From contig CAWJTV010000034.1 of assembly GCA_963845755.1 (NCBI GenBank), forward strand, positions 32,001 to 96,000: a DNA stretch of 64,000 nucleotides, read 5' to 3'. The stretch is from an uncultured Planctomycetota bacterium (GTDB lineage: Bacteria > Planctomycetota > Planctomycetia > Isosphaerales > Isosphaeraceae). Under the pieces are notes generated by a model. It worked only from the letters and a program-made list of their open reading frames with translations. It did no database searches and was not told the DNA's origin. Numbering within the stretch: the first letter of the stretch is position 1; each line of letters starts with the position of its first letter. This document shows positions 35,819 to 51,054 of the stretch, one piece after another. The translations under genes were made by a program, and so were the position numbers.

Positions 35819-36610
35819 TCATGCGGCCTGACGCTTGCGGCGAACGCGATGGGCCAGAGCAATGGCGCCGATGACGCCGGCCCAACCGACCAGGGTGGCG
35901 GGCTCGGGTGCAGGCACCTCGGCGATCGTGCCGCCGTTGGGTGCCCAGGCCACGGGATATCCGGTCTGGGGGTTGGCATTCTGGATGCTGACGAACGGAG
36001 TGGAGGTCGTCGCTTCATTCGTGATGACGACAATCGTGCCGCTCTTGGCCCCAGCCTCGAGGGGACCGGTGTTGGAGGTGGCATCCAGGTACTGGAACGT
36101 GAGCGATCCGGTAACCGTGCCGGGCTGCCAGGCGATCGAGGTCGGCGTCTGGACAGAGTAGCCCGCGGCAGCCGCGGACGCGCTGATCCCGCCGACGGGA
36201 CCGTCGGTCACCGTGTAGACCGCCGAACCCGGGCTGGCAGCCGCCCCGAAGTTAGCCGGCTGCGGCGTGGCATTGAATGTCATCGAGGCGCTGTTCACGC
36301 TCGTCGACTGGCCGCTGTTGTCGACCACGTTGTTCACGTCGAACTGGTAAGCGTAGGCCGTCAGCCCAGCCGCCGCGCCGGTCCCCGTGAACACCTGCGA
36401 CTCCACGAGCCCCGGGCTCGACGTGGTGTTCTTCAGCGTGTAATTGTCGGTCAAGACCCCGGTTGACGGGGCGAACAACGAGTTGAACTGGGCAGAAGTC
36501 ATCGTCCCGGGCGTGAGACTCTGGACGATGGCATCGGCATGGACGGTCGGGGTGGCCAGGCTCAGCACTAGACCAGCCCCCAGGGCGAGAGCGAAAGTGA
36601 ACTTGTTCAT
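35819..36610 (-). CDS. PEP-CTERM sorting-domain surface protein
   Basis: Signal peptide ending VHA-D; C-terminal APEPATLVGWAGVIGAIALAHRVRRKR. Confidence 0.85.
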   Translation of the reverse strand: MNKFTFALALGAGLVLSLATPTVHADAIVQSLTPGTMTSAQFNSLFAPSTGVLTDNYTLKNTTSSPGLVESQVFTGTGAAAGLTAYAYQFDVNNVVDNSGQSTSVNSASMTFNATPQPANFGAAASPGSAVYTVTDGPVGGISASAAAAGYSVQTPTSIAWQPGTVTGSLTFQYLDATSNTGPLEAGAKSGTIVVITNEATTSTPFVSIQNANPQTGYPVAWAPNGGTIAEVPAPEPATLVGWAGVIGAIALAHRVRRKRQAA

Positions 36611-37237
36611 TCTGGCGATCTTCCAGGGTTGATCTGGGTGGTTCGTCGTACGCGAACCGAATTGAGCGAGTCAATCCATAACTCGACTCGCCATCCGGAG
36701 AACGTCTCCGGACGGGCCCCGCGGGCCAGGCTCACGTCGAGCGCGGGTCGGGGGAACCCGGCAAGGACCTCGGGACACGCCCCGAGCCGGCCCTACTGAG
36801 AGGTTGTGAATGAACCGGATCCCCTGATCCAGATCCCACATTCAATCAAGGGAATACCCTTGCCAACGGGGCTTACATCCCTTGTTCGCGAGGATCCGCG
36901 ATCTCGAATCGATGTCTTCACCGCCTCCGAGTCCCTTCCCTCACCGGCCGCCGGTTCGCGAACACCCACCGGCGGGTTGTCGCCGTCCGGGCGCCCTCGA
37001 CACTTGACCGGTCGCGGCCGCTGTTACCGTCTTCCGACGAGAGATTAGGACTCGCCTCCATGAGCTTGCCTTGGACCCAACGCTGTACTTGCCAAGGCGT
37101 CGCGGACCCTATCAGGAACCCTCTCAGGGGTCAACCCGATTTGGGGGAAGATCGATTCAAGATTTGGAATCGGTCTGCCGAATGATCCTGGCGGCCCTCG
37201 ATCGGCGGAAGGTTCGGCCGATGCAAACGGTCTCCCA

Positions 37238-38127
37238 TCACGATCGAGCGGGCGATTCGAGCGACGGCTGGGTCGGTGACGGATTCACACCGATCCCGAT
37301 CGACTCATTCGACCGGGAGGTCGAGGCCGCAGGCTGGGCGCGGCTCGGGGCGATGGCCGTTCCTGCGGGAGGCTCCCCGCCCGCCGCCGCGGTGGCGATC
37401 TCGGGGGCGGCCGGGCCGGATTCGGCCTCGGCGGAATCCGGCGACGCCGCGTGGGAGCTCTCGTCCCCGGAGGGTGTTTCCCTATAGAGTTCCAGCGGAG
37501 GGAGCGGGACTTCGTCGGCCTCCATGACCGGCGGGCCAATCCGAAGCCCGGCGCGCGCTGCGCCCGGTAATATCGGTACAAGAGAAATCCGCCCACGCCG
37601 AGGGCCGCGAGCAGCGTGAGCCATTGCTGGACGTCGCGGATCCCCTTCTGGATCCGATGGGCGAAGAGCCAGCCCAGGCCGAACATCAGCGACGTGCTCA
37701 GCGACGCCGCCACCAGGTCGGTCAGCAATAGCTTCAGCGGGGGCAGCTTGAGGATTCCCGCTGTGAGGTACGCCGCCGTGCGGAAACCCGGGACAAACCG
37801 GCCGGAAACCAGGATCTTGAACCCGTGCCGGTGGAAGTAGCCCTTGATCTGCGCCTCCCGCTGCCGTGTCAACAGCCGGCGGGTCAACGGCAGGCTGAGG
37901 ACTTTCTCCCCGTAGAAGAACCCGAGGAAGTAGACGACGAAGTCGCCGAGCAACACGCCGACGAGGCAGGTCGCGATGGCCACGGGCCCCGACATCTGAC
38001 CGTTGCGGGTCAGCACGGCGGCCAGGATGATGGGCGCCTCCTCGGGGATCGGCAATCCGAGGCCCCCCAGCACCAGGATCAGGGCGATCCCCACATAGCC
38101 AAGCTGTCCGATCAGCTCCTCGGTCAA
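37238..38127 (-). CDS. DedA family membrane protein, frameshift near 37550
   Basis: GLGLPIPEEAPI, LLGDFVVYFLG, GRFVPGFR. Confidence 0.88.
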
Positions 38128-38299
38128 GTCCGGCTCCCCGCTGCGATGGGTCGGTCGGCATGGCGGTCCGGCCAGCGACGATCTCGAACTGCCGGTATCA
38201 TACCCGTTACCGATCCGTCGGACAGCGCCGCCAGGCCCGATTCGGTCCGTTCGCGATGAGTGCGCGCAGCGGACCCGCGGCCGAAGTCGAGGGGTCGAA

Positions 38300-39982
38300 G
38301 GGTGCAGGAACGCTAATGATTTTTCACGCAGCGATGGGTGCTTGCGTGTCGCGACCTGGCCTGCGCGTAGGGATGACCTGGCCGGTTGCGAATCTGGTCG
38401 ATGAATTCCTCGTCGTCGTTGAGCCAAGCCGCGCGGAGGTTGAGCACGGCCTCGGGGTTGGCGTTGTTGTTCCAGAATTTCTCGCTCCCTTTGGCGGTGC
38501 TGGTTGAGCTGCTTGACCCACGATTCCACCGGGCTGCTGGTGATGGGTAATCCGACCCGGCGGTAGCGCGGGTAGTCCATGGCGCGACTGATTATTCTCC
38601 AAGTAGCCGCGCTCGCGATCGAGCACGCACCAGGGATGGTCGGGGTCGTCTTTGGGATTCGTCGGTGGATCGATCCGGCTTTGGTGATCGGCGATCTCGC
38701 CCAGGACGTCCCCGACGCGACCTTCCCAGCACGACTCCGCCCAGTGCCGGCCCAACTCAACGCCTTGGCCAGTGGCCTTGGCCGCGGCGTGCACGTGTTC
38801 CGCGGCGTGGACGAAATCCAGGATCGGCTCGAAGTCGGCGAAGTGACGACGCTGGATCGACCAGTTATACGGCAGGCCGTCGCTGACGAAGGCCTTGGCC
38901 GTGGCGGTGAAGAAGCCGCGCCGGTCCGCGGCGGCAGCCGCCATCCAACCGAACGTCTCGCTGTCATTCAAGGTGGCCAGCCCGGAGCGGACCACCGGGA
39001 CCGGTCTCCAGTCCGGTTTCTCGGCCGGGGTCGCCGATTCACTCGCCGGTGGCAGCTCGACAGCCGATCCCAGAGGTCCAGCAAAGCACGTGGGGAGGTT
39101 CGGCTGTGGATCGACGTCGGATACCTGACGCTTCATCCGCAGCAGGACGGCCGTCTTGGTCTCCCTCCAAGCCGGCTCGTGGACCCCCGGCCCGTGGTCG
39201 GGTTGGCGCACCTGAATACGACCGCCATCGATCATGACGGCGGCCAACTCGATCGGCGGATTCGCGGCCGTCGTCGGCGTCATCAACGGGCGATCTTTAT
39301 AGGCCGTCGTCCGCTCGGTTTGCTCATCGACTCCGATGCCTCCCTGTTCCTGGCAGAGCGTCTGGAGGTGGCGGGGTGAGATCTTCAGTTCCGCAGCGAT
39401 GCCGGCCAATTTCGCGGCCTCGGCGAACGAGCGGGCGGCGATGGCCATCGCGACCAGGATTGCCCGCATCGTCGGGCTATAGCCGCGGTGATCCAAGCCC
39501 TGGCGCGGTCTGATTGGGGGAAAAAGACCCGCCGGCATCGCGGGCAAGAGTGCCGTGCCTCTTTGAGGGAGATCGGCCCGTCGCGGGTCTCCAGCGGTCG
39601 CTCTTGGATGGTTCCGGCGCAAGCCTGGCCGCAACCGGGACAGGGTTGCTCGTGCTCGGCGGACTCGGCGCATTGAGACGCGGTTTGCTCGCAGAGCAGG
39701 CGTGCCACCTTGCGACCGGCTTCGTGAGCGCGTTGCTCGATGGTGGCGAAGTCGAGCCCCGCACCCGTCTGATCAACCGCGAAGAATTCTTCCTTGACCA
39801 TCCCGAGAAGTCGCTGAAGACGGGCATCCTGGGCCGAATCGGTAGGCGAGCCGCGAAACATGACGATCCTCCATGATCAAGCTATCTTGCCCCAACGTCC
39901 TTCCACCCTATCAAAATTCGTCGAGTTCTCCTATTGACGTTTGGCTACACCCGGATGTGGCGACATTAGCGTTCCTGCTCCC
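38300..39982 (-). mobile_element. ISKra4-like insertion sequence with 10-bp target-site duplication
   Basis: TIRs GGGTGCAGGAACGCTAATG / CATTAGCGTTCCTGCTCCC (18/19); AGGGGTCGAA at 38290..38299 and 39983..39992. Confidence 0.9.
38333..39861 (-). CDS. ISKra4-like DDE transposase, split over frames
   Basis: CPGCG...CPRCRRVFFP zinc ribbon; IDGG, WRETK, SDGLPYNW, ILDFVHAAEH, YPRYRRVGLPITSSPVES. Confidence 0.85.
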
Positions 39983-40194
39983 AGGGGTCGAAAGAGCACG
40001 CGAGGCGCCCTTGACCGATTCGCCAGGGACGGTTAAGGTCTGGAAAACCCAAGGACGGGTCGAGAGTCGAGGCTTGCGCGATGCGCCAGGCCGACTCAAC
40101 AGTCGGCCGGAAGCCGTCGCCCTGCCGGCCCATCTCGCCGCCAGACTTCGCTCGGAAGACCGCGAGAGCCGTGATCTCAAGGAGGAGACCAGTC

Positions 40195-41805
40195 ATGCCA
40201 TCCCAGGACCGCCGGGCTGCCGGTCGTCGCCGCGCCTGGGGGCGCGGACCCATCATCCTGAAGCTGGAATCGCTGGAACGCCGCGCCTTGATGGCGGCCA
40301 ACTCCAACTCGAACTCGACGCTTCCCGATCTGGCGAACTCCGCGCTCACGGTTTCGAGTAACGTTTCCGACTGGAATCAATCGGTCGAAGTGGAAGGCAA
40401 GGTCACGAACCAGGGCCATTCCGCGACGACCGCCACGCTCCAGGTTGGCCTCTATGCGTCCCCCGTTCGTGGCATCGACAAGTTCTCCGTGCCGGTTGGG
40501 GAAGTCACCATCCCGGCCGGACTGGCCCCCGGTCAGACGGTTCCCTACGAGACATCAATCCAGCTCCCCGCCACGGCGATCCCCGACGTCAGCAGCAATG
40601 GCGGCACGCTCTACATCGCCGCCTGGGTCAATCCGGGGCGAATCATCGCCGAAAGCAACTACCGCAACGATCGCGACCTCGGCCCCCCTTATGACTCTGC
40701 ACCGATCTCGATCCAGGCGCCGCAACCTTCCAATCTGGTCGGGACGACCCTGGCGGTCACCCCGACCGATCCCACCTGGGGCAGCACGATCACGGTGACG
40801 GCCCAGATCACGAACCAGGGTTCGGGATCGTCGCCCCAGACCGAGGCCCTCCTCGCTCTGTCGCCCCAGGGGCTCACTTACGGCGGTTCGACGACCGTCG
40901 GCATCGGCACCATCACCGTGCCGCCGCTGGGCCCATTTCAGACGGTCAACCTGGTCCAGAACATCACGTTACCGGCGGTCGAGCCCCTCTCGATTACCAA
41001 CTACACCAACTTCGGTCTGACCATGACCCAGGATGCCAACTACCTGACCAACAACCTCTACCCGAATCAGCCCGACCAGGGGATTGGATTCGACCAGACC
41101 GCGATCACCATCACGACCAGCACGACGTCCACGGCGACCGTCGGCGCACTCCCGGATCTGGCCGCCTCCTCCATCATCGCGCCCACTTCCGCGGTCCGCT
41201 GGGGCCAGTCCATCCAGGTCTCGACCGATGTCCAGAACATCGGACAAGGCGACGCGGGCTCGTTCCAGGTCTTCTACCTCCTGACCGGCCAGGCCGGCTC
41301 GATCAACGACGCGCTGTATCTCGGCCAGACGGATATCGCGAGCCTGGCCGCCGGAGCCGATGATCCGATCACCCAGACGCTCGCCCTGCCGAATCGCCTC
41401 CCCTCCGGGGTGACGCTCGATAGCGTGGGCTACGCGCGGATCGCCGTCATCGTCGATCCGGATAACTTCATCAACGAGACGCTCAAGAGCAACAACGTGT
41501 CGATCTCCGGCCCGTTCATCATCCGACTCCCCGGAAACCAGACGACCGTGCCCACGAATCCGGCTGCGGGGTCACTCCCCTCGGTGGCTCAAGTCGCCCA
41601 GCAGGATCAAAATGCGATTAAAGCCAAACGCGCCCTCCAGCATGCGGCGATTGTCCACGCGAAGCGGGCCGCGAAACCCCCCAAGAAACTCCGCCGTCGG
41701 CCGGCGCCCAATAGCAACTCGTTGGTTGACAAGACGGTCAGCCTCGCGACGGAAGTCACCAAGCTGCCTCATCAGATCGCCAGCGTGCTCGGAAAGTCCC
41801 TCTGA
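40195..41805 (+). CDS. Secreted CARDB-like repeat protein with planctomycete LExLExRxL motif and basic tail
   Basis: LESLERRALMA; LPDLA...VTNQG repeats; DPDNFINETLKSNN. Confidence 0.8.
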   Translation: MPSQDRRAAGRRRAWGRGPIILKLESLERRALMAANSNSNSTLPDLANSALTVSSNVSDWNQSVEVEGKVTNQGHSATTATLQVGLYASPVRGIDKFSVPVGEVTIPAGLAPGQTVPYETSIQLPATAIPDVSSNGGTLYIAAWVNPGRIIAESNYRNDRDLGPPYDSAPISIQAPQPSNLVGTTLAVTPTDPTWGSTITVTAQITNQGSGSSPQTEALLALSPQGLTYGGSTTVGIGTITVPPLGPFQTVNLVQNITLPAVEPLSITNYTNFGLTMTQDANYLTNNLYPNQPDQGIGFDQTAITITTSTTSTATVGALPDLAASSIIAPTSAVRWGQSIQVSTDVQNIGQGDAGSFQVFYLLTGQAGSINDALYLGQTDIASLAAGADDPITQTLALPNRLPSGVTLDSVGYARIAVIVDPDNFINETLKSNNVSISGPFIIRLPGNQTTVPTNPAAGSLPSVAQVAQQDQNAIKAKRALQHAAIVHAKRAAKPPKKLRRRPAPNSNSLVDKTVSLATEVTKLPHQIASVLGKSL

Positions 41806-42177
41806 GCCGCAAAATACACAACCGCGACCCCGAACCAGACCCTCATGGAAGTCCAGACGTTGCCGTATCCTTCGCCAAGGGTTTCCCAGACCATCCCGAG
41901 GTCGCCACCTTACCGCATTACGAGGAACGCGCAACCCGCATAATCCAAGCATCTTCCGTCAAATTGTCGGGCTTTTCGGATACCAAATTCCCGAACTTGA
42001 GACAAAATTGGAAATAGTCGGGCGATTTATTGAACGGCGCCCTTCACGTGGCTATGCTTGGCACGGTCGACGTGGTCATTACGGCAAAATGCGTAAGTGA
42101 GCCAAGATGGCTGTCGGGTTCCAAGAGGTTATCGGGAATTGACTTGCGGGCAATGTCGCCAATGGAGACACCTTGAA

Positions 42178-42963
42178 ATGACTTACGACCGGCCCCACGC
42201 ACCTCAGAGCTCGACCTCATCACCGACTCGCTCGCTAGTGGAAGCGCGATTCATCCCGCGGCAATACGAGCCGAACTACGCCTATCCCTTGCTGTCGTTA
42301 TTTCATGCGCGAGGGGGCGACGAGGAGCAATTGGTGCGCGCAATGCCGGCCTTGAGCTGGCGGAATTACGTAGGTCTGGCGCTTCGGGGGCCACAGCCGG
42401 TGGTCAAGCGCGACCGACTGGCGGGTTTTGGCTGGGGCCGCGAGTTCGAGCACCCGGACCGTTGCCGGGGACAGCGCCTGCCGGCCGGGGCGGAGGCCGA
42501 CGTGGTGCGCCGGCTCCTCTTCGACCCGGACCCGGAGGTCTTCGATGGACTCGAGGAGGCGGTCTTTTCCGCGATTCTCCAGACTCGTCAACTGCTTCAC
42601 GTCCACTCCGAGCGGATCTATCTGATGGGTTGCGGCGAAGGCGCCGCCGTGGCTTACTGGCTCGGACTGGCCTATCCCGAGCGGTTCGCGGGCATCGTGG
42701 CCATCAACGGGTGGCTACCAGTGGGCCTCCGTCCACTGGGTCGTCTCCGCGCGTGTCGCGACCTGCCGATCCTGGTCGTCCACGGTGCGTGGAACACCAG
42801 GGCCCCCCTTCACGAAGTGCGCCGAAACGTCGCAACGCTTCGTGCCGGTGGGCTTCGCGTCGCCTTCCAGTCCTATCCTTGCTCACATCGCCTGACGACG
42901 CCCATGCTCGCCGACGTGGATACCTGGCTCATGAGCCATTGCACCGGTCAGATGAATTTCTGA
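42178..42963 (+). CDS. Phospholipase/carboxylesterase-fold protein
   Basis: YAYPLLSLFHARGG, RIYLMGCGEGA, PERFAGIVAING, VVHG. Confidence 0.75.
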   Translation: MTYDRPHAPQSSTSSPTRSLVEARFIPRQYEPNYAYPLLSLFHARGGDEEQLVRAMPALSWRNYVGLALRGPQPVVKRDRLAGFGWGREFEHPDRCRGQRLPAGAEADVVRRLLFDPDPEVFDGLEEAVFSAILQTRQLLHVHSERIYLMGCGEGAAVAYWLGLAYPERFAGIVAINGWLPVGLRPLGRLRACRDLPILVVHGAWNTRAPLHEVRRNVATLRAGGLRVAFQSYPCSHRLTTPMLADVDTWLMSHCTGQMNF

Positions 42964-43551
42964 CGGGTGAACGTGGGGATCGATTGCGCGGGAGCCGGCC
43001 CAGGAAAATGGGGATTGGCTCCCGGCCCGGTGTCGGCCCATCCATCTGGGGCCTTGCGCCCTCGGGCCGGGAGCCAATCTCCTTTTCCCGCGCACTCAAC
43101 CCCGGTGTGATGCTCACGAGACGAACGGCCGGAATCCGCCGACGGGTAGTCGGGTGCTCCGATGCCCAGAAGCGGAGTCGGTGCGCGCAAATCCGACCAG
43201 TGTGACGAACGATCTTGGGCACCAGCGACGGAGATTGAGCACTCGCACTTCCGGGACTGATGCCTCACCTCGCGAAGGTTTGACGCTGGTGGAACAGACC
43301 GGCGCCGCGGTATCATGTGAGGATGGCGATCGCCCGCGCTGTGAACACCTGACTATCATCGCAGGGGGACGTCTTACAAGTGTCCTATGTATAAAGCCTC
43401 AATATTCCCATCGCATCAACAAAATCCGAGACGTCGAATAACGACTTACCTCAAATTTATGGTGTAAAGCCTCGATTAGTAACGACTCTTTACAGATGAG
43501 CGGCGAGCCAGACCCCAACTCTCAGGCAGTAGGCGACGAGGTACCCTAACC

Positions 43552-44109
43552 GTGCGCATTGTCTATCTCCTCGAATTGGTTGGCGGCATGGCGCTCGGAT
43601 CGGCCCTGGTCCGGTGGAGGATCGGGGAGGGGCAGTCCTTCAACGAATGGTTTACGTATAATCACCCATCCTGGCAATTCGACGAATTGGTCTTCAGCCT
43701 TCTGGCCGGAATCGCAGTCGTAGAGTGCACGGGCCTATTGATCGAATCAGTCCGACATAGAGGCCCTCCACACTGGGGAATCGGTAGACGCGTCTGGGCT
43801 GTGGTAGGGATATCGACGTTGCTGGGCAATGCATGGTCTGGGCTGTGGGATATTCTTGCATGCAGAGTTTCCGAGGGATCGTTTCCGACGGTCTCTCGGT
43901 GTATGAGCGATCTGGTGGACCATCTGTTCGTCTACGTAGAGCAGCTCGCCTGGGTCCCGCTCGGTTTGTGTATCGCTGCATGGCTTGGCCGGTGGACGCG
44001 TGACCCTCGACCGGACGGACGTGAATGGGCCGGTCGCGTCTTCGGAGTGGTGATGATTCTCTCGAAACTCTCGGCAGACTTGTACAAGCTTGAGTATTAT
44101 GCTCGTTAG
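43552..44109 (+). CDS. Hypothetical membrane protein
   Basis: Several hydrophobic segments; lower GC. Confidence 0.5.
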   Translation: MRIVYLLELVGGMALGSALVRWRIGEGQSFNEWFTYNHPSWQFDELVFSLLAGIAVVECTGLLIESVRHRGPPHWGIGRRVWAVVGISTLLGNAWSGLWDILACRVSEGSFPTVSRCMSDLVDHLFVYVEQLAWVPLGLCIAAWLGRWTRDPRPDGREWAGRVFGVVMILSKLSADLYKLEYYAR

Positions 44110-44322
44110 AACAAACTATTCAATTTCAGTTGAATTGGTACGGCTCAACTATAGTTGAGACTTGCCACTCGAGCCTCGGGCGAACGCTGGGTCGCAAACG
44201 GCACTCCAATGATGAATGGAGCTGCTGCCATGCACCACGTCGTTGGCCCGGGCAGGCCGGCGCGTGACGATGGTGGAGCGTGGAAGGGGTGATCCAAAGT
44301 CCGAACCTCACGGAGATAATCG

Positions 44323-45192
44323 ATGCACGCCCCTTCGACTGGACCAACCGTCCGGGGGCCGCGCCGGCCCCGCATCAGCCTCCGGGCCATGTTCATGGTG
44401 GTCCTGTTTCTCGGCTGTTCGCTCGGCTGGCTCGTACACCGCGCCCGCGTGCAGAAGGCCGCCGTAGACGCCGTCGAACGGGTCCGCGGCGAGGTTCTCT
44501 ATGAGTGGCAGTACAAGGACGGCAAGTACATCCCCGACGGCAGGCCGTGGTGGCCCCGGTGGCTGGTGAGCGTGCTCGGCGTGGACTACTTGGGGAGCGT
44601 CGCGCGGGTCATCGTCACGCAGGACGGTTCCGACGCGGTCCTGGACGAGATCAGCGGCCTCGGCCGGTTGGAGGAGCTGATCTTCACATCCTCGTCGCCC
44701 AGCGACGGCGGGCTCGCGCGCCTCGGCGGACTGACCGGGCTGAGTTATCTGGATCTCTCGAAGAGTGGGGTCACCGACGCCGGCCTCTCGCACCTGGGAG
44801 GGCTTACGGGCCTTCGCTGGCTGATCGTCAAGAATTGCCCGGTTGGTGACACCGGCCTGGCGCACATCCGGGGCTTGACGCGCCTCGAAGGTCTCGGGCT
44901 CAACGGGACCGGGATCACCGACGCCGGTCTGGTGCATCTGAAGGGTCTCTCAGGCCTGCAGGACCTGTACCTCACGGGGACGAGGATCGGGGACGGCGGT
45001 TTGGCTCACCTTGAAGGGCTCGAGGGTCTCCAGTTGCTCTATCTGAATCACACGGTGGTCACGGACGCCGGGTTGGGGCATCTCAGGGGGCTGAAGCGAC
45101 TGAAGTACCTCAACCTCGAGGGGACGGGGGTGACGGACGCCGGGGTGCAGGAACTCCGGAAGGCCCTACCGAATGCGAAAATCGTCCGTTAA
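44323..45192 (+). CDS. Membrane-anchored leucine-rich-repeat protein
   Basis: RISLRAMF TM anchor; 24-aa repeats LxLxGTxITDAGLxHLxGL. Confidence 0.9.
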   Translation: MHAPSTGPTVRGPRRPRISLRAMFMVVLFLGCSLGWLVHRARVQKAAVDAVERVRGEVLYEWQYKDGKYIPDGRPWWPRWLVSVLGVDYLGSVARVIVTQDGSDAVLDEISGLGRLEELIFTSSSPSDGGLARLGGLTGLSYLDLSKSGVTDAGLSHLGGLTGLRWLIVKNCPVGDTGLAHIRGLTRLEGLGLNGTGITDAGLVHLKGLSGLQDLYLTGTRIGDGGLAHLEGLEGLQLLYLNHTVVTDAGLGHLRGLKRLKYLNLEGTGVTDAGVQELRKALPNAKIVR

Positions 45193-45252
45193 CTTAGTTG
45201 ACAGCCCCTCGGACGACCGATTCGAGGAGGTAGGCGGCAGGAGACATAGGCC

Positions 45253-45621
45253 ATGCCTGGCTCTTCAAGGGGGTCGCGACCGCTCGTCGTGGATGGCCGA
45301 CAGTTGCATTGGCGGGTCACCGACCCTTCACCGCCGAACTCCGGCGGCTGGTTGGCTCAACTTACAGTCTTCTCCCGAGTCGGCGGCACGTCGAGACTCC
45401 TGGCTGGCACGACTCGGGATGATTATCCGTATGCCCCACACATCGAATCGTGGTTCAAGCCGCGATGGGTCGAGGCAATCATCCGTCGGGCTCTGGCATC
45501 CGGCTGGACCCCGGAAGCGCGAGCCCCCGATTACCGCCTGCCTTTGGACTATGCCGAGATCATCGAGGAGTTAGAGGCCGCTTTGACCGCACAGTTCTGG
45601 GCGAGCCCCCGCAAAGCCTAA
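45253..45621 (+). CDS. Hypothetical protein
   Basis: RBS-preceded ORF GSRPLVVDGRQLHWRV...IRRALASGWTP; its TAA abuts the IS. Confidence 0.6.
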   Translation: MPGSSRGSRPLVVDGRQLHWRVTDPSPPNSGGWLAQLTVFSRVGGTSRLLAGTTRDDYPYAPHIESWFKPRWVEAIIRRALASGWTPEARAPDYRLPLDYAEIIEELEAALTAQFWASPRKA

Positions 45622-46952
45622 GGCACTGTTAAACAATAACTTGAACCATTGCGTTGTACTCTGGCACAGGTCTTGCGTCCTGTTTATTGTATGGATGACA
45701 CGACGACGATGGAAGCTGTGCGGACGAAATATCAGCTCTTACAACCGCTGATGACCGAGCGACTCCGCCGGCAATGGGCCGCGTGTGAGGCCGTGTCGTT
45801 GGGACGCGGCGGCGTCCGCCTCGTCGCTGAGGCCACCGGCCTCTCCCGAACCACGATCTGGGCCGGTCGCAAGGAGTTGCAGCGTCGCGCCGAACGCCCC
45901 CGGGACGACCTGTCGCCCGAACGTGTTCGCGCTCCGGGCGGCGGTCGTCATCTCGTCGAACAGGACGATCCGGCTCTCCTGGCCGCCTTGCGGGGTCCTG
46001 GTCGAATCCTCCACCCGAGGGGACCCGCAATCGCCCTTGTGTTGGACCTCCAAGAGTACGCGGAGGCTGGCCGAGGAACTCTCCGCCCGTGGTCATGCGG
46101 TCAGTTACCCGAGCGTCGCCGCCCTGCTCGATGGCTGGGGGTACAGCTTGCAAGCCGATCGCAAGACCGAGGAAGGTCAGGATCACCCCGATCGCGACGC
46201 CCAGTTCGAGTATATCAATCGACAGGTGATCGCCTTCCAACGAGAGGGTCAGCCGGTCGTCTCCGTCGATGCCAAGAAGAAGGAATTGATCGGGGATTTC
46301 CGCAATCCCGGGCGCGAGTGGCGTCGCCGCGGCCACCCGGAAGAGGTCCGCGCCAAGGACTTCCCGGACAAGCAGCTCGGCAAGGCCATCCCCGAAGGGG
46401 TCTATGACCAGGGTCGGGACGAGGGCTGGGTCAGCGTCGGCGTCGATCACGACACGGCCGAATTCGCCGTGGCGAGTCTCCGGCGGTGGTGGCAGGAGAT
46501 GGGGTCGCCGGTCTATCCCAAGGCCCGTCGGCTCCTGATCACCGCCGACGCCGGAGGGAGTAACGGCTATCGGTCGCGGTTGTGGAAAGTCCGGTTGCAG
46601 GACTTGGCGAATGCCTTGGGCCTGCGGATCTCGGTGTGCCACTTCCCGCCCGGGACGAGCAAGTGGAATAAGATCGAGCACCGCATGTTCTGCCACATCA
46701 CGAAGAACTGGCGTGGCCAGCCGCTCCGCTCGCGGGCCATCGTCGTGAACTTGATCGGCCACACGACGACGAAGACCGGGTTGCGGGTTCGATCGGAGTT
46801 GGATACCCAGACTTACAGGACCGGTATCAAGGTCTCGGAGGATGAACTCGGGGCAGTCCGACTGGAGACAGCCTCGTTTCACGGCGAATGGAACTACACG
46901 ATCGCACCGAAAGACTAAACCCTACTGGTTCAAGTTATTGTTTAACAGTCGC
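45622..46952 (+). mobile_element. Second ISAzo13-family insertion sequence
   Basis: TIR core ACTGTTAAACAATAACTTGAACCA / TGGTTCAAGTTATTGTTTAACAGT; TAA on both flanks. Confidence 0.9.
45691..46918 (+). CDS. ISAzo13-family DDE transposase, frameshift near 45995
   Basis: SVDAKKKELIG, DHDTAEFA, ADAGGSN, HFPPGTSKWNKIEHRMF. Confidence 0.92.
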
Positions 46953-47344
46953 TTAATTCTCATAAATCGAGAGAATCTGCCTATCCGACTGAAATACGCC
47001 CATCACTCCAGCCCGCGAGTTCCTCTCGATCGGGCGAATTCCCGCGAACGAACCTCTCCGCAAGCGAGAGTCCCGTTGCCGACGTGGGTCAGCGCAGCGC
47101 CAACCGAGTGCCAACGATCAGCTTGAGACGCACTGCATGGATTCTGAATTGCTTGGACTTTATCGAATGTGGCCACCGGGCGGAAACTTACCTGAGACCA
47201 CTCGTGGCGCGGAGACCGACCCGACGCGCCGCGCGGGGATCGAGGGGCATCCTGGCCGCGCCGGTCCCAGCCACCCCTCATGGGGCGCGTCGGGTCGGAA
47301 CGACCACGATCCCATCGTGCGTCTGTGAATTCCTGCTGGTCGCC

Positions 47345-51054
<3,710 letters not shown>

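Noticed and set aside
36650..36800. Riboswitch upstream of the PEP-CTERM gene
   Set aside because: Hairpins are present but match no riboswitch consensus I can recognise; an Rfam search would be needed.
43540..45621. Integron cassette array
   Set aside because: The GTTRRRY/RYYYAAC-like words are in the wrong order for attC sites, and there is no integrase.
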